From: Obrimoposthia wandeli
Lineage: Eukaryota
DNA length: 64,000 nt
Assembly: GCA_977020255.1 (NCBI GenBank)
Contig: CDROCS010002027.1
Coordinates: 124,001-188,000 of the forward strand
Direction: 5' to 3'
Positions 29,730 to 40,975 of the stretch are shown here, piece by piece. The position numbers and the translations under genes are program-made. The first letter of the stretch is position 1; each line of letters begins with the position of its first letter. The notes under the pieces are model-generated. The model saw only the letters and a list, made by a program, of their open reading frames with translations, was not told the origin of the DNA and ran no database searches.

Positions 29730-30980
29730 ATGTCAATGGATACAAATATAGATTTTTCCCCTTGGTTAGATTGGATCGATGATGATTATCAGCAAATGCT
29801 CGATCGAACCATTGAACTTTCGCATATAAACTCTGGAAGCTTCAATCCAGAAGGTGTTAACAAAGTTGCAGATAAGCTTATTGATTACGCCAATGTGTTA
29901 GCCGCTAAAGTCGAAATTTTACCCGTCGCACCTTTTAAACAAATAGATACTAAAGGCCAAGAGCAGTTTTCTGCGATGGGCAATGCAGTAAGATTAACTA
30001 AACGTCCAGATGCTCCATTACAAATTTTCTTCTGCGGCCATTTGGATACTGTGTTTGCAGTCGATTCCAATTTCCAAACCACAACATGGTTAGATGACGA
30101 GACTTTAAATGGCCCAGGGGTTGCCGATCTAAAAGGTGGCTTAATTGTAATGTTAAAAGCCATTGAAGCATTAGAGCGCAGCCCATTTGCGGATAAGATT
30201 GGTTGGGAAATTCTCTTTAATCCAGATGAAGAAATTGGTTCGCAAGGCTCCGCAGGTTTTATTGCACAAGCAGCTAAACGTGTTGACCTAGGCTTAATTT
30301 ACGAGCCTAGCTTTGCTGATGGCAATTTTGCAGGGGCGCGCAAAGGCAGTGGCAACTTTAGTATCATTACCCGTGGAAAACCCGCACACGCAGGTCGTGA
30401 ACATCATTTAGGGCGCAATGCGATTAGAGCGATGTGCGACTTTATAAGCCGTTTAGACGACTTAAATGGCCAGCGCACTGGTGTTACGATTAACCCTGCA
30501 CTGATTGAAGGTGGCGGCGCTAATAACGTCGTACCAGATTTATGTTTATCACGTTTTAATATACGCCTGGAACAACCTGCTGATGAGCAGTGGTGCTTAG
30601 ATAACATCCAAATCATTTTAGATGATATTAACCAACGTGACGGTATTTCAATTGAAATGCATGGTCAGTTTGGTCGTAAACCTAAAGTATTAACGCCGGC
30701 TAACGAAAAATTATTTGAACTCGCTCGTGAATGTGGCGCACACTTAGGCTTAGATCTCGCTTGGCTACCCACTGGCGGATGTTGCGATGGCAATAACTTG
30801 GCAGAAGCAGGCATCCCCAATATAGACACTTTAGGTGTACAAGGCGGTAAAATTCACTCATCAGATGAATACGTTTTAGTGAAAAGTTTACCTGTGCGTG
30901 CAAAGCTCAGCGCATTATTACTATTAAAACTAGCCACTAGTGAAGACCTTAGCTGGTTGAAAGATACGGCTGCGCAATAA
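29730..30980 (+). CDS. M20-family metallohydrolase inside the ast operon
   Basis: CGHLDTV, GVADLKGG, NPDEEIGS, IYEP, GGKIHSSDE. Confidence 0.88.
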   Translation: MSMDTNIDFSPWLDWIDDDYQQMLDRTIELSHINSGSFNPEGVNKVADKLIDYANVLAAKVEILPVAPFKQIDTKGQEQFSAMGNAVRLTKRPDAPLQIFFCGHLDTVFAVDSNFQTTTWLDDETLNGPGVADLKGGLIVMLKAIEALERSPFADKIGWEILFNPDEEIGSQGSAGFIAQAAKRVDLGLIYEPSFADGNFAGARKGSGNFSIITRGKPAHAGREHHLGRNAIRAMCDFISRLDDLNGQRTGVTINPALIEGGGANNVVPDLCLSRFNIRLEQPADEQWCLDNIQIILDDINQRDGISIEMHGQFGRKPKVLTPANEKLFELARECGAHLGLDLAWLPTGGCCDGNNLAEAGIPNIDTLGVQGGKIHSSDEYVLVKSLPVRAKLSALLLLKLATSEDLSWLKDTAAQ

Positions 30981-32033
30981 ATGCTAGTTTTTCGTGCTGT
31001 CTGCTTTGCCGATTTACCTGCTATTGAGCATCTAGCAATTATCGCTGGCAGCAGCATGACAACATTACCTAATAATAGGGATCATTTAGCTGAACTGATT
31101 AATTCCACCAAAAAATCATTACAACTAAATGTAAAAAAAGCGACTCATCAAAGTTATCACTTTGTGTTGCAAGACAGCGATACCCAAGAAATTATTGGCA
31201 TTTGTGGCATAGAAGCAAATGTGGGTTTCAGCACGCCCTTTTATAGTTATTGTTGCGATCGATTAGAACATCACTGCACACAGCTACAAATTCAAAACAC
31301 TATTGCAACGCTGCGTTTAAGCCAAGATCATGAAGGATCTTCTCGTTTGTGCACATTTTTTATCGCTGATAAAAACTATGCTGATGCTAGCTTCGCGCTG
31401 CCTTTGTTATCATTGCCAAGGTTAATGTTTATTGGCCAACACCCGCAGCGTTTTATGCAAAAAATCATGCTGGAATTACAAGGTATTGTCGATAACAATA
31501 AGCAATCGCCTTTTTGGCAGGCGCTCGGTCAGCATTTCTTTAGTATGGATTTTCACAAAGCGAATTATTTAACGGGGATTAATGCCAAAGGTTTCATTGC
31601 CGATTTAATGCCACGCTACCCAGTGTATGTACCACTGCTTGCCGATAGTGCTCAACAAGTGATTGGCAAAGTACGCCCTGACATGAAAAAAGTTGAAACG
31701 CTTTTGAAAAGCGAAGGTTTTAGCTTTAACAATTATGTCAGTATTTTTGATGGTGGCCCTACATTAGAGGCAGCTGTTGACGATCTCAGAACCGTTAAAC
31801 AGCAATTTAGTATCTCAGCGGTTATCTCACCAGAGGCTACTGATGAAATGGTAAGTTCAAGCCGACAAGCAAACCGGCAAGAAGTTTTGATAAGTAATAA
31901 TGCACTGAGTGATTATCGCTGTATTTACGCTAGAGTAAATTTACAAGCCGTGTGTTTAACTCCCCAACAAAGTCATGCACTTAAAGTGACAACTGGTGAT
32001 ACTTTATATGTATTGCCTCTTTCTACTTTTTAA
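30981..32033 (+). CDS. aruF: Arginine N-succinyltransferase alpha-type subunit (AruF-like)
   Basis: MLVFRAV, LCTFF, SPFWQALGQHFFSMDF, DLMPRYPVYVPLL, IFDGGPTLEA. Confidence 0.8.
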   Translation: MLVFRAVCFADLPAIEHLAIIAGSSMTTLPNNRDHLAELINSTKKSLQLNVKKATHQSYHFVLQDSDTQEIIGICGIEANVGFSTPFYSYCCDRLEHHCTQLQIQNTIATLRLSQDHEGSSRLCTFFIADKNYADASFALPLLSLPRLMFIGQHPQRFMQKIMLELQGIVDNNKQSPFWQALGQHFFSMDFHKANYLTGINAKGFIADLMPRYPVYVPLLADSAQQVIGKVRPDMKKVETLLKSEGFSFNNYVSIFDGGPTLEAAVDDLRTVKQQFSISAVISPEATDEMVSSSRQANRQEVLISNNALSDYRCIYARVNLQAVCLTPQQSHALKVTTGDTLYVLPLSTF

Positions 32034-32053
32034 TAAGGATCGGAGAAATAATT

Positions 32054-33091
32054 ATGATGGTCATACGCCCTATTGAAGCTAAAGATGGTGAAGCACTGGC
32101 TGAATTGGCCAAGATCACCGGCCCAGGTTTTACTTCTTTACAAGATAACCCAACGGTTATAGAACAAAAAATGGTCAATGCACTTGATGCTTTTAAGCAA
32201 ACTAATGCTGATGGCGAATCATTATATCTATTTGTATTAGAAGATACCCAAACGCAAGTGATCGCTGGTATCTGTGCAATAGAAGCGGCCGTTGGTTTAT
32301 CTGAGCCTTGGTATAATTATCGTATTGGTACGCTGGTACATGCATCTAAAGAGCTTAGTGTTTATAACCAAATGCAAACTCTCACCATTAGTAACGATCA
32401 CACAGGTTACTCTGAACTTTGTACGCTTTTTTTACATCCTGACTATCGTCATTCTAAAAATGGTCATTTGCTATCTAAGTCGCGACTTATGTTTATCGCT
32501 GAGTTTCCACAATTATTCAATCAAAAGCTAGTGGCTGAAATGCGCGGTTATTCCGACAGCAATGGTATTTCTCCATTTTGGGAAGGTTTAGGTAAGCATT
32601 TTTTCTCAATTGACTTTACAACTGCCGATAAAATGTCCTCTGTCGATAAAGCTTTTATTGCAGAACTGATGCCCAAGTACACTTTATACAGTGAATTACT
32701 ACCTAAAAGTGCCAGAGACGTTATTGCTCAGACACACGAAAACACGATTCCTGCACGCAAGCTACTTGAACGTGAAGGTATGCGTTTTGCAGGATATATC
32801 GATATTTTTGATGCTGGCCCAACATTAGAGGCGAATATTGAAGATATTAGAGCGATAAAAGATAGCCGTTACGTGAAAGTAAAAATAGCTGACAATGACG
32901 ATGACAGCACAGCTGATGATGCATTGTTTTTAATCAGCAGCCTTGAATTCGAAAACTTTCGCTGCGTAATGAGCACAGTGCAAGACATGACAAATAATTT
33001 AATCACCATCTCTCCTGATACTGCCCAAGCGCTGAATATCAGCAATGGCAGTACTGTACGTATTGTTCCACTTACAGCACATAAAAGGTAA
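32054..33091 (+). CDS. astA: Arginine N-succinyltransferase (AstA/AruG)
   Basis: [57 protein letters not shown]. Confidence 0.92.
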   Translation: MMVIRPIEAKDGEALAELAKITGPGFTSLQDNPTVIEQKMVNALDAFKQTNADGESLYLFVLEDTQTQVIAGICAIEAAVGLSEPWYNYRIGTLVHASKELSVYNQMQTLTISNDHTGYSELCTLFLHPDYRHSKNGHLLSKSRLMFIAEFPQLFNQKLVAEMRGYSDSNGISPFWEGLGKHFFSIDFTTADKMSSVDKAFIAELMPKYTLYSELLPKSARDVIAQTHENTIPARKLLEREGMRFAGYIDIFDAGPTLEANIEDIRAIKDSRYVKVKIADNDDDSTADDALFLISSLEFENFRCVMSTVQDMTNNLITISPDTAQALNISNGSTVRIVPLTAHKR

Positions 33092-33096
33092 CCGAT

Positions 33097-34563
33097 ATGA
33101 ATCATTCATTATTTATTGACGGCACGTGGATTGAAGGAAAAGGCGCAGCACTTACCTCTTTTGACCCAGCCACGGGCAATGTTTTTTGGCAAGGCAATTG
33201 CGCTTCACCAGCGCAAGTTGAACTAGCAATCGCCGCTGCACGTAAAGCTGCACCTAGCTGGGCACAAACCAGCTTAGCAGAGCGCTCCAACATAGTAAAA
33301 CGCTTTGGCGAGCTATTAGTAGAAAACAAAGAAGCGTTAGCTAAACTTATTGCTCAAGAAACTGGCAAGCCATTTTGGGAAACTAAAACAGAAGCTGGCG
33401 CAATGGCGGGTAAAATCGCAATTTCATTGAAAGCTAATACGCAGCGCACCGGCGAAACAAGCACTGACATGGGCGCAACTAGAAGCACTTTGCGTCATAA
33501 GCCACACGGCGTCGTTGCCATTTTTGGCCCTTATAATTTCCCAGGTCACTTGCCAAATGGTCACATTGTGCCTGCGATTATTGCCGGTAATACTGTTTTA
33601 TTTAAACCAAGCGAACTTACTCCGAAAGTGGGTATGTATATGGTTGAACTTTGGCAGCAAGCAGGATTACCTAACGGTGTTCTAAACCTTTTACAAGGCG
33701 AAAAAGAAACTGGTATCGCCTTGGCAGGAAGTCCTGATATCGACGGTCTATTCTTTACCGGTAGCTCTAACACTGGCAACTTGTTACATCGCCAATTTGC
33801 GGGCCAGCCTGGAAAGATTCTAGCGCTAGAAATGGGCGGTAATAACCCGTTAATTATCGGTGAAATCAGTGATATTCGCGCCGCGGTTAACGAAACAATT
33901 CAATCCGCTTATATTACCACCGGTCAGCGCTGTGTATGTGCTAGACGTTTATTCGTGCCAAACAACAGCACCGGAAATACCTTTTTAAGCGCGCTTACAG
34001 ACGCGGTAAAAAACATTGTGGTGGGTGAGCAGTTTGCAGAACCAGCACCTTTTATGGGTAGCTTAATATCTGAACAAGCGGCCGACAACATGATAATTGC
34101 TCAGCAACAACTTCTAGACTTAGGTGGCCAAGCCATTGTTAGTTTAGAAAAACTCAAAGCAGGCACAGGTTTTGTTAGCCCTGGATTAATTGATGTCAGC
34201 AACATTGATGTATTACCGGATGAAGAGCATTTCGGCCCGTTGTTGCAAGTTATTCGCTATGATGATTTTGATCAAGCAATCATTGGTGCTAATAACACCC
34301 GCTTTGGTTTAGCCGCTGGCCTATTTAGTGATAGTAAAGAGCAGTACAACAACTTTTACCACCACATAAGAGCGGGTATTGTTAATTGGAATAAGCAAAC
34401 CACAGGTGCTAGTTCAGCAGCTCCCTTTGGAGGCGTAGGTGCTAGTGGTAATCACCGAGCAAGTGCTTATTATGCGGCTGATTATTGCGCATACCCTGTT
34501 GCTGGTATGGAAACTGATACTTTAGTAATGCCTGCTACTTTAGCGCCAGGTTTGACACTATAA
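33097..34563 (+). CDS. astD: Succinylglutamate-semialdehyde dehydrogenase
   Basis: [59 protein letters not shown]. Confidence 0.95.
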   Translation: MNHSLFIDGTWIEGKGAALTSFDPATGNVFWQGNCASPAQVELAIAAARKAAPSWAQTSLAERSNIVKRFGELLVENKEALAKLIAQETGKPFWETKTEAGAMAGKIAISLKANTQRTGETSTDMGATRSTLRHKPHGVVAIFGPYNFPGHLPNGHIVPAIIAGNTVLFKPSELTPKVGMYMVELWQQAGLPNGVLNLLQGEKETGIALAGSPDIDGLFFTGSSNTGNLLHRQFAGQPGKILALEMGGNNPLIIGEISDIRAAVNETIQSAYITTGQRCVCARRLFVPNNSTGNTFLSALTDAVKNIVVGEQFAEPAPFMGSLISEQAADNMIIAQQQLLDLGGQAIVSLEKLKAGTGFVSPGLIDVSNIDVLPDEEHFGPLLQVIRYDDFDQAIIGANNTRFGLAAGLFSDSKEQYNNFYHHIRAGIVNWNKQTTGASSAAPFGGVGASGNHRASAYYAADYCAYPVAGMETDTLVMPATLAPGLTL

Positions 34564-34780
34564 GCGCTCAGCATAGCTATAATTAAGCGCCTTATATTAA
34601 AAAAATTTAAACTCCAGCTTTTTGGCTGGTATCAAATGAAAGGGCTCAGCCTAAGTGCTGCGCCCTCATTTTATTAATTACACAGTAGCCTTTAGTCTCC
34701 CATTTTTTGTACCTAATGCTTACGAAATTGCCACTAAATGTTACCAAAGGAGGGTATCGTAAAACGACTGCGCTCAATCT

Positions 34781-36139
34781 ATGAATTTAGCGGGGCACAC
34801 TGACTGAAGCTAACTTACCTTTACGACGGTTTAGACGGTCGGACCTACCCACAATTATGCGGGTTTATCTTTTGGCAATGTTGCCTCGCAAAATAACCAA
34901 GCAAACCTTGCCAATCCCAAAAAGGCAGCGTTACAAGGTTTAACAAAAATGAAAGCACTAGCGGACATGGGCTTAGTGCAAGGTGTCTTAGCTCCTCAAG
35001 AGCGCCCTGATATACACACGCTACGAAAGTTAGGCTTTAGTGGTAGCGATGCTAATGTTTTAGCGCAAGCGGCCTTACAAGCACCTAGAATCCTAGCTAC
35101 TTGTTGTTCAGCTTCTAGCATGTGGACTGCCAATGCCGCCACAATTTCGCCAAGTAGTGACACAGCAGACAGTAAGATTCACTTTACACCAGCCAATTTA
35201 AGCAATAAATTTCACCGTTCTATTGAACATAAAGTGACCGGTAATATATTAAAAGCAACTTTTAGTGATGAACAACACTTCTCTCATCATCAAGCGCTTC
35301 CGAGTGTCGATCATTTTGGTGATGAAGGTGCTGCCAATCACACCCGTTTTTGCCATGAATATGGCGAGCGTGGTATTGAGTTTTTTGTATACGGAAAACA
35401 CGCTTTTGACGACACTCAACCTGCGCCAGCAAAGTATCCAGCTCGCCAGACGATAGAAGCTTCCCAATCTATAGCGCGCTTGCATCAACTCGATTCACAG
35501 CACATTGTTTATGCACAGCAAAACCCGCAGGTTATCGATGCTGGAGTATTTCATAACGATGTTATTGCAGTAGGTAATGCCAATTTATTATTTTGCCACC
35601 AGCAAGCTTTTTTACATCAAGCAGCGGTTAAACAAGAATTGAAAGAAAAAATGGGCGGTAATTTTCATATCATCGAAGCACCCACTGATTTAGTGAGTGT
35701 GCAAGATGCGGTAACTAGCTACTTATTCAATAGCCAATTACTATCGTTGCCCAATGGAAAAACAGTGCTAGTTATCCCGCAAGAGTGCGAAAACAACCCC
35801 CGAGTATGGGCCTATTTAGAATCAATAGTCGCCGATGATAACCCGATAGATCAAACATTAGTGTTCGATTTGAAGCAAAGTATGTCTAACGGTGGCGGCC
35901 CTGCGTGTCTTCGTTTAAGAGTGGTAATGAATGAGGCTGAAATAGCCGCGGCCAACCAAGCTACTTTTATGAATCAAGCACTCTATACGCGTTTAAGTAC
36001 TTGGGTAGAAAGCCATTACCGAGATCGTTTAACAGAAGCTGATCTCGCAGATCCGCAGCTTTTAATTGAATCGAGAAGTGCACTCGATGAGCTGACAAAA
36101 ATACTGAAGCTAGGCTCTGTTTATCCGTTTCAGCGATAG
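34781..36139 (+). CDS. astB: N-succinylarginine dihydrolase; first ~60 nt carry three small insertions and in-frame stops (pseudogene or assembly error)
   Basis: [17 protein letters not shown] (from 34838), [40 protein letters not shown]; EAN and DGL lie in shifted frames upstream. Confidence 0.85.
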
Positions 36140-36201
36140 TCTTGAAAGAGCATTCTATGAATGCTCTTAGTCTAAAGTACGGTGATATAATTTATTATAA
36201 A

Positions 36202-36807
36202 TTAAGCTATATCATCGCATAAATGCGCCAGTGAGCTATAACAAAAATCTGTTAACTGCGGCCAGCGTTGCTCATCTTTAGCGATATGCACTGTTGCAGA
36301 ACCCGCTGCTTTTCCCGCTTCTAAATCGAATTTAAAATCTCCAACCATCACTGAATCTTCAACATTTTTTTGCCAGTGCTGCAAAATGGTAAGCAATCCT
36401 TGAGGGTTAGGTTTATGTGGAGCTTCGTCGCGTCCGATAATGGTTTCACTGTTAAAATATTTGCCAACGCCTATCGCCTCTAAAGACAAAATAGCCATCT
36501 CTTTAGTATTACGCGTAAAGATACCTATTTGGCAGCCTTTTTCCGCTAAACGGCTAATAAGCATTTCAACACCTTGCGCCGCTTGCGCTTGGCCTGCATA
36601 AAAAGCTTCCAACTCGTCTAACTGTGCAGTTAAGCGCTTTTTATGCTCTCCTTGAGCTGCCGCTAGGGTTTGTAAAATATCGGCACCTGGCTGCATGCCA
36701 AGCTCTGTGCGCATATGGGCAAAATCATGAACGGGAATGGTTAGCGTGCCGTCTAGATCAAATATCCAAGCGGTTTTGTGACTTAGTTCATGTGCCATTT
36801 TGATCAT
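36202..36807 (-). CDS. HAD-family hydrolase
   Basis: Motif I IFDLDGTL, motif II FTRN, KPNP, motif IV MVGDFKFD. Confidence 0.9.
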   Translation of the reverse strand: MIKMAHELSHKTAWIFDLDGTLTIPVHDFAHMRTELGMQPGADILQTLAAAQGEHKKRLTAQLDELEAFYAGQAQAAQGVEMLISRLAEKGCQIGIFTRNTKEMAILSLEAIGVGKYFNSETIIGRDEAPHKPNPQGLLTILQHWQKNVEDSVMVGDFKFDLEAGKAAGSATVHIAKDEQRWPQLTDFCYSSLAHLCDDIA

Positions 36808-37660
36808 CTCGTATTGAAGTAGGCGCTAATGCTGCAGCTTGTTCGCCCTGTTGTTTAACTGATGGTTGCTTGGTATCAATTAAACTGAGCAACTTATCTA
36901 GTTTGGTGGCGAGTGTTTCAAAATAATCCTCGCGCGTTTGCGCGCTAATATCTTCAACCATCGCTTTTTCTAAATTCACTAAAGATAGCTGATTATCTTT
37001 CACACTATCTAACAGGTTTCTAGAGCGCTTTTTAGTACTATCGGTTAATTGACCAATGCGCCCAAAAGCCTTTTTTAATTGCTTTTCCAGCAATTCAATA
37101 TTATGGCTTACATTCAGCACATCATTATTTAGTTGCGAATTTATTTGCTTCACTTGTGTCTCTAATGATGCGGCAACGCCTTGAAAGCGATTATAAAACA
37201 GCTCTGCTTCTGATTCTAAAAATATTTGCAGTAACTCATGAGGGAATAAAGCTCTATTGCGACCATCCGCTCTTATGCTGTATTCACCGCGGGAGTTACA
37301 ATAGGGACGGTTAGATTGGGTGGGTATTTCTATGCGCATTATTGGGCGGTGTTTGAGGTTTTCAACAAATACAGTTACCTCAATACTTGGCATGCATTCC
37401 AACGCTTTATTGACAAGTGCTAAGCGCGCTTTATCGTGCACCTTACAACCGACAACCCTGCCTCTTTGCAAGCCGTTATTTGCAGTGTATTCATCAACAC
37501 CAATGAGTAGCGTGCCGCCTTCAATTGCATTAGCAAAAGCAACAAAATCACTGCTTTTTACCCCAGCAGCTTCGCGTTTAAAATCAATACTAAGGTTTTC
37601 CATCGTCGCTAACATTTTCTTAGTGCGAAGTGTAAGGCCTTGAAATTCTGTTTTCGCCAT
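36788..37660 (-). CDS. Schlafen/AlbA_2-domain protein with coiled-coil C-terminus
   Basis: ENLSIDFKRE, VAFANAIEGGTLLIGVDE, RIEIP…RPY…YSIRADG; heptad-rich tail. Confidence 0.82.
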   Translation of the reverse strand: MAKTEFQGLTLRTKKMLATMENLSIDFKREAAGVKSSDFVAFANAIEGGTLLIGVDEYTANNGLQRGRVVGCKVHDKARLALVNKALECMPSIEVTVFVENLKHRPIMRIEIPTQSNRPYCNSRGEYSIRADGRNRALFPHELLQIFLESEAELFYNRFQGVAASLETQVKQINSQLNNDVLNVSHNIELLEKQLKKAFGRIGQLTDSTKKRSRNLLDSVKDNQLSLVNLEKAMVEDISAQTREDYFETLATKLDKLLSLIDTKQPSVKQQGEQAAALAPTSIRDDQNGT

Positions 37661-37779
37661 AATAGCTATCTGCTAATAATATGAAAAGAGTATTTTTTGC
37701 ACCCGGCGCACTGATACTAAATTAGTGCGCTGGTGCGGGGTATCATTGAGTTTTTTCACAACCGTTACGCCATGTATAA

Positions 37780-38178
37780 CTAACCATAAACGCTATCGTC
37801 AAAAGGATCAACTGGAGATTCGAGCATTTCATCAGCACTGTGATATAACACACGCCCTTCAAACCTTAATCCTTTCGCTGCAAACCAACGCTCTGCACTT
37901 TCTCGCCCTTCTTCGGCGCTGCCTTTTTTTAAGCTAGCACTTATAACGCGATAAAAATATAAACCAAACAAACCTGCTGCTACGCCCATGAAAAAAGCTG
38001 ACCCCATAGCAAAAACAACTGCAACAATTGCCGCTATCCATACTCGGCTTGCTTTGGCCATCTTAAACAGCTCATTGTGTTGTTTATACAGGTCGTGAAA
38101 CTTTATGTAGCGACGAAAATTCTGCTGTAAATCGAATTTATCATCATTGGAGATTGTGCGAGCCATATTGTTTTCCAT
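37780..38178 (-). CDS. Hypothetical membrane protein
   Basis: 132-aa ORF with a central hydrophobic hairpin (VWIAAIVAVVFAMGSAFFMGVAAGLFGLYFY). Confidence 0.75.
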   Translation of the reverse strand: MENNMARTISNDDKFDLQQNFRRYIKFHDLYKQHNELFKMAKASRVWIAAIVAVVFAMGSAFFMGVAAGLFGLYFYRVISASLKKGSAEEGRESAERWFAAKGLRFEGRVLYHSADEMLESPVDPFDDSVYG

Positions 38179-38338
38179 TTAAAATTATTAAAAGCCAAAT
38201 CAATTCCTGAGATAGCATGTTACTGAACCCCTCCTGTACCGAAGGGGTAAATACTAATTAATTGACCTTATCTCATGTACTAAGTTCTATCAATCCTATA
38301 AAACCATTTTATTGATTAAATTCAATTAATGCTTAAAA

Positions 38339-40975
38339 CTAGGCCAAACTTTTGCTTACCACTTCAAAAACATCAGCAGATAAATCACCACTATCCATAA
38401 TGCGTTGTAATTGATTATGCATTTGTACTTGTCTAACTTTGCTATAGTTTTTCCAGCTTGAAAGCGGCCCGATTAATCGCGCTGCTAATTGCGGATTGGA
38501 TTTGTCTAAAGCGATTATCTGCTCCGCTAAAAACGCATAACCACTTCCATCTTCTGCATGAAAATTAATTGGGTTGTTCATGCTAAAAGCCCCCACTAAA
38601 CTACGCACCTTATTTGGGTTAACGAAATCGAAAGCTGGATGCTGCATAAGCTGCTGTACTTTTGCTAAAGTGCCTTCTTTTGGATCGGTTGCCTGTACAG
38701 CGAACCACTGATTTACTACCAGCGTGTCTTCAGACCACTTATCATAAAACTGCGCTATTAACTTATCGCTCGCCTCGGTAAAAGCTGAATGTGCAACTAG
38801 CGAAAATGCAGCCATGCTATCTGTCATATTATCCGCATCGCGGTATTGACGTAACGATAGTTCCAAATAGCTATCACGCCCTAATGCCATTAAATAACTT
38901 AAGCTTAAGTTCTGTAATTGACGCTTAGCAATACACTGTGCGGATGGCTTATACGGCTCACCTGCAATTCTTGCGCCTTGATAAGCGGCGAGAAATTCAA
39001 TTTCTAAAGCGCCTGCCAACCCTTTGCGTACAAAATTTCTCGCCTTATGAATACTGCTTACTTCAACCGTATCACACAGTTCTGCAAGGTATTGCTCTGA
39101 AGGTAATGTCAGCACTTGCGCAATCATCGCTTTATCAAGGCTGCTATCAGATAACACAGCGCGATAAGCGTTCACTAAGTGATTATCAAGCACTAACTCA
39201 ACACCCATGCTCAAATTTTTAACAAGCTCTAAAATAATATCAACACCGAGCTTTTGTGCCGCTTCCCAGCGATTAAAACCATCGCTGTCATGACTGATCA
39301 AAAACACCAACTGTTCACGACTATACTGGTAATCTAGTTTTACCGGTGCACTAAAGCCGCGTAATAGTGAAGGCACGGGCTTCACTGCGATATCAGTAAA
39401 GCTGAATGTTTGCTCTACCTGGGTAATCTCCAGCAATTTATCAGCCTTACCTTCTAGCTCTATATCTGTACCATTTTCATCGAGTAAACCTAACACAAAC
39501 GGCATATGAAAAGGCTGTTTTTCAGCTTGCCCAGGAGTTGGCGGGCAACTTTGCGCAATGGTTAAGTGATAACATTGTTGCTCTGCATCATAGCTATCGG
39601 TAATAGTTAGTAAAGGCGTACCCGCTTGGCTATACCAGTTTTTAAACTGGGTTAAATCTTTACCTGAAGCATCCTGCATCGCATTTAAAAAATCATCAGT
39701 GGTCACGGCCTGCCCGTCGTGTCTTTCAAAGTACAAATCGCTACCGGCTCTAAACGTTTGTGCGCCGAGTAAAGTATGCACCATGCCAACCACTTCAGCG
39801 CCTTTTTCATAAACTGTACGCGTGTAAAAGTTGGAAATTTCGATGAACGAAGCGGGACGGATTGAATGCGCCATTGGCCCGGCGTCTTCTGCAAACTGTC
39901 CTGTACGTAGCAGCTTTACATCTTCTATACGTTTAACAGTGCTTGAGTTCATATCTGAGGAGAATTGGCTATCGCGAAAAACGGTAAAACCTTCTTTCAA
40001 GCTTAACTGAAACCAGTCACGACAGGTGACTCGGTTTCCTGACCAATTATGAAAATACTCATGAGCAACTATCGCCTCTACTCTTTGAAAATTAGCGTCG
40101 GTAGTGGTTTCTGGATGCGCTAAAACACAAGAGGTGTTGAAAATATTTAAGCCTTTGTTTTCCATCGCACCCATATTGAAGAAATCGACAGCAACGATAT
40201 TAAACAAATCTAAATCATATTCGCGCCCATAAGTTTGTTCATCCCAGAGCATTGATTTCTTCAAGGATTGCATCGCATAATCGAGCTTATCTAGATCCTT
40301 TTCATCAGCAAATACTTTTAAAGTGACCTCTCGGTCAGACATAGTAGTAAAAGTATCTTCAATAAACGCTAAATCACCGGCAACTAAAGCAAACAGATAA
40401 GCGGGTTTTGGGAATGGGTCTTGCCATTTAACCCAGTAACGACCGCCTTCTAACTCTCCTTGGTCCACTTGGTTACCATTGGAAAGTAAAATTGGGAATT
40501 GCGCTTTATCGGCATTAATCGTGGTTTCGAACACCGACATTACATCCGGCCTGTCTTGATAGAAAGTGATGCGTCTAAAGCCCTCTGCTTCACATTGCGT
40601 ACAATACATGCCGCCTGATTTATACAGCCCTTCTAGTGCTGTATTCTTATCGGGGTATATTTTGGTAATAATCTTTAGCTCAAAGCTGCCCAGCAATCCT
40701 TTTAGCGTTAATCCACTATCATCACGGTGATAACTGGCCTCCGTCAGTACTTGGCCATCTATGCTTAATTCTAATAGCTCAAGAGATTTGTCACCATGCA
40801 AAAACAGTTGATCTGTTGGCGCTTGTGAAGCTGGGTTAACCCGCAAGCTTAATTGAGTGGTAACTTGGGTGTAATCGGCCAACAATTCAAAATGTAATTG
40901 AGTGTGATCAATAAGGTATATTGGAACTTGATAATCTTTTAAGTAAATAACTTTAGGTTCAGACATAAGTGACAC
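38339..40975 (-). CDS. pepN: Aminopeptidase N
   Basis: GAMENKGL, HEYFHNWSGNRVTCRDWFQLSLKEG (HEXXH…E), NPNKVRSL. Confidence 0.97.
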   Translation of the reverse strand: MSLMSEPKVIYLKDYQVPIYLIDHTQLHFELLADYTQVTTQLSLRVNPASQAPTDQLFLHGDKSLELLELSIDGQVLTEASYHRDDSGLTLKGLLGSFELKIITKIYPDKNTALEGLYKSGGMYCTQCEAEGFRRITFYQDRPDVMSVFETTINADKAQFPILLSNGNQVDQGELEGGRYWVKWQDPFPKPAYLFALVAGDLAFIEDTFTTMSDREVTLKVFADEKDLDKLDYAMQSLKKSMLWDEQTYGREYDLDLFNIVAVDFFNMGAMENKGLNIFNTSCVLAHPETTTDANFQRVEAIVAHEYFHNWSGNRVTCRDWFQLSLKEGFTVFRDSQFSSDMNSSTVKRIEDVKLLRTGQFAEDAGPMAHSIRPASFIEISNFYTRTVYEKGAEVVGMVHTLLGAQTFRAGSDLYFERHDGQAVTTDDFLNAMQDASGKDLTQFKNWYSQAGTPLLTITDSYDAEQQCYHLTIAQSCPPTPGQAEKQPFHMPFVLGLLDENGTDIELEGKADKLLEITQVEQTFSFTDIAVKPVPSLLRGFSAPVKLDYQYSREQLVFLISHDSDGFNRWEAAQKLGVDIILELVKNLSMGVELVLDNHLVNAYRAVLSDSSLDKAMIAQVLTLPSEQYLAELCDTVEVSSIHKARNFVRKGLAGALEIEFLAAYQGARIAGEPYKPSAQCIAKRQLQNLSLSYLMALGRDSYLELSLRQYRDADNMTDSMAAFSLVAHSAFTEASDKLIAQFYDKWSEDTLVVNQWFAVQATDPKEGTLAKVQQLMQHPAFDFVNPNKVRSLVGAFSMNNPINFHAEDGSGYAFLAEQIIALDKSNPQLAARLIGPLSSWKNYSKVRQVQMHNQLQRIMDSGDLSADVFEVVSKSLA

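Noticed and set aside
34781-34950. Programmed frameshifting or readthrough as an explanation for astB
   Set aside because: Would need three successive recoding events; no slippery heptamer or stimulatory structure is evident.
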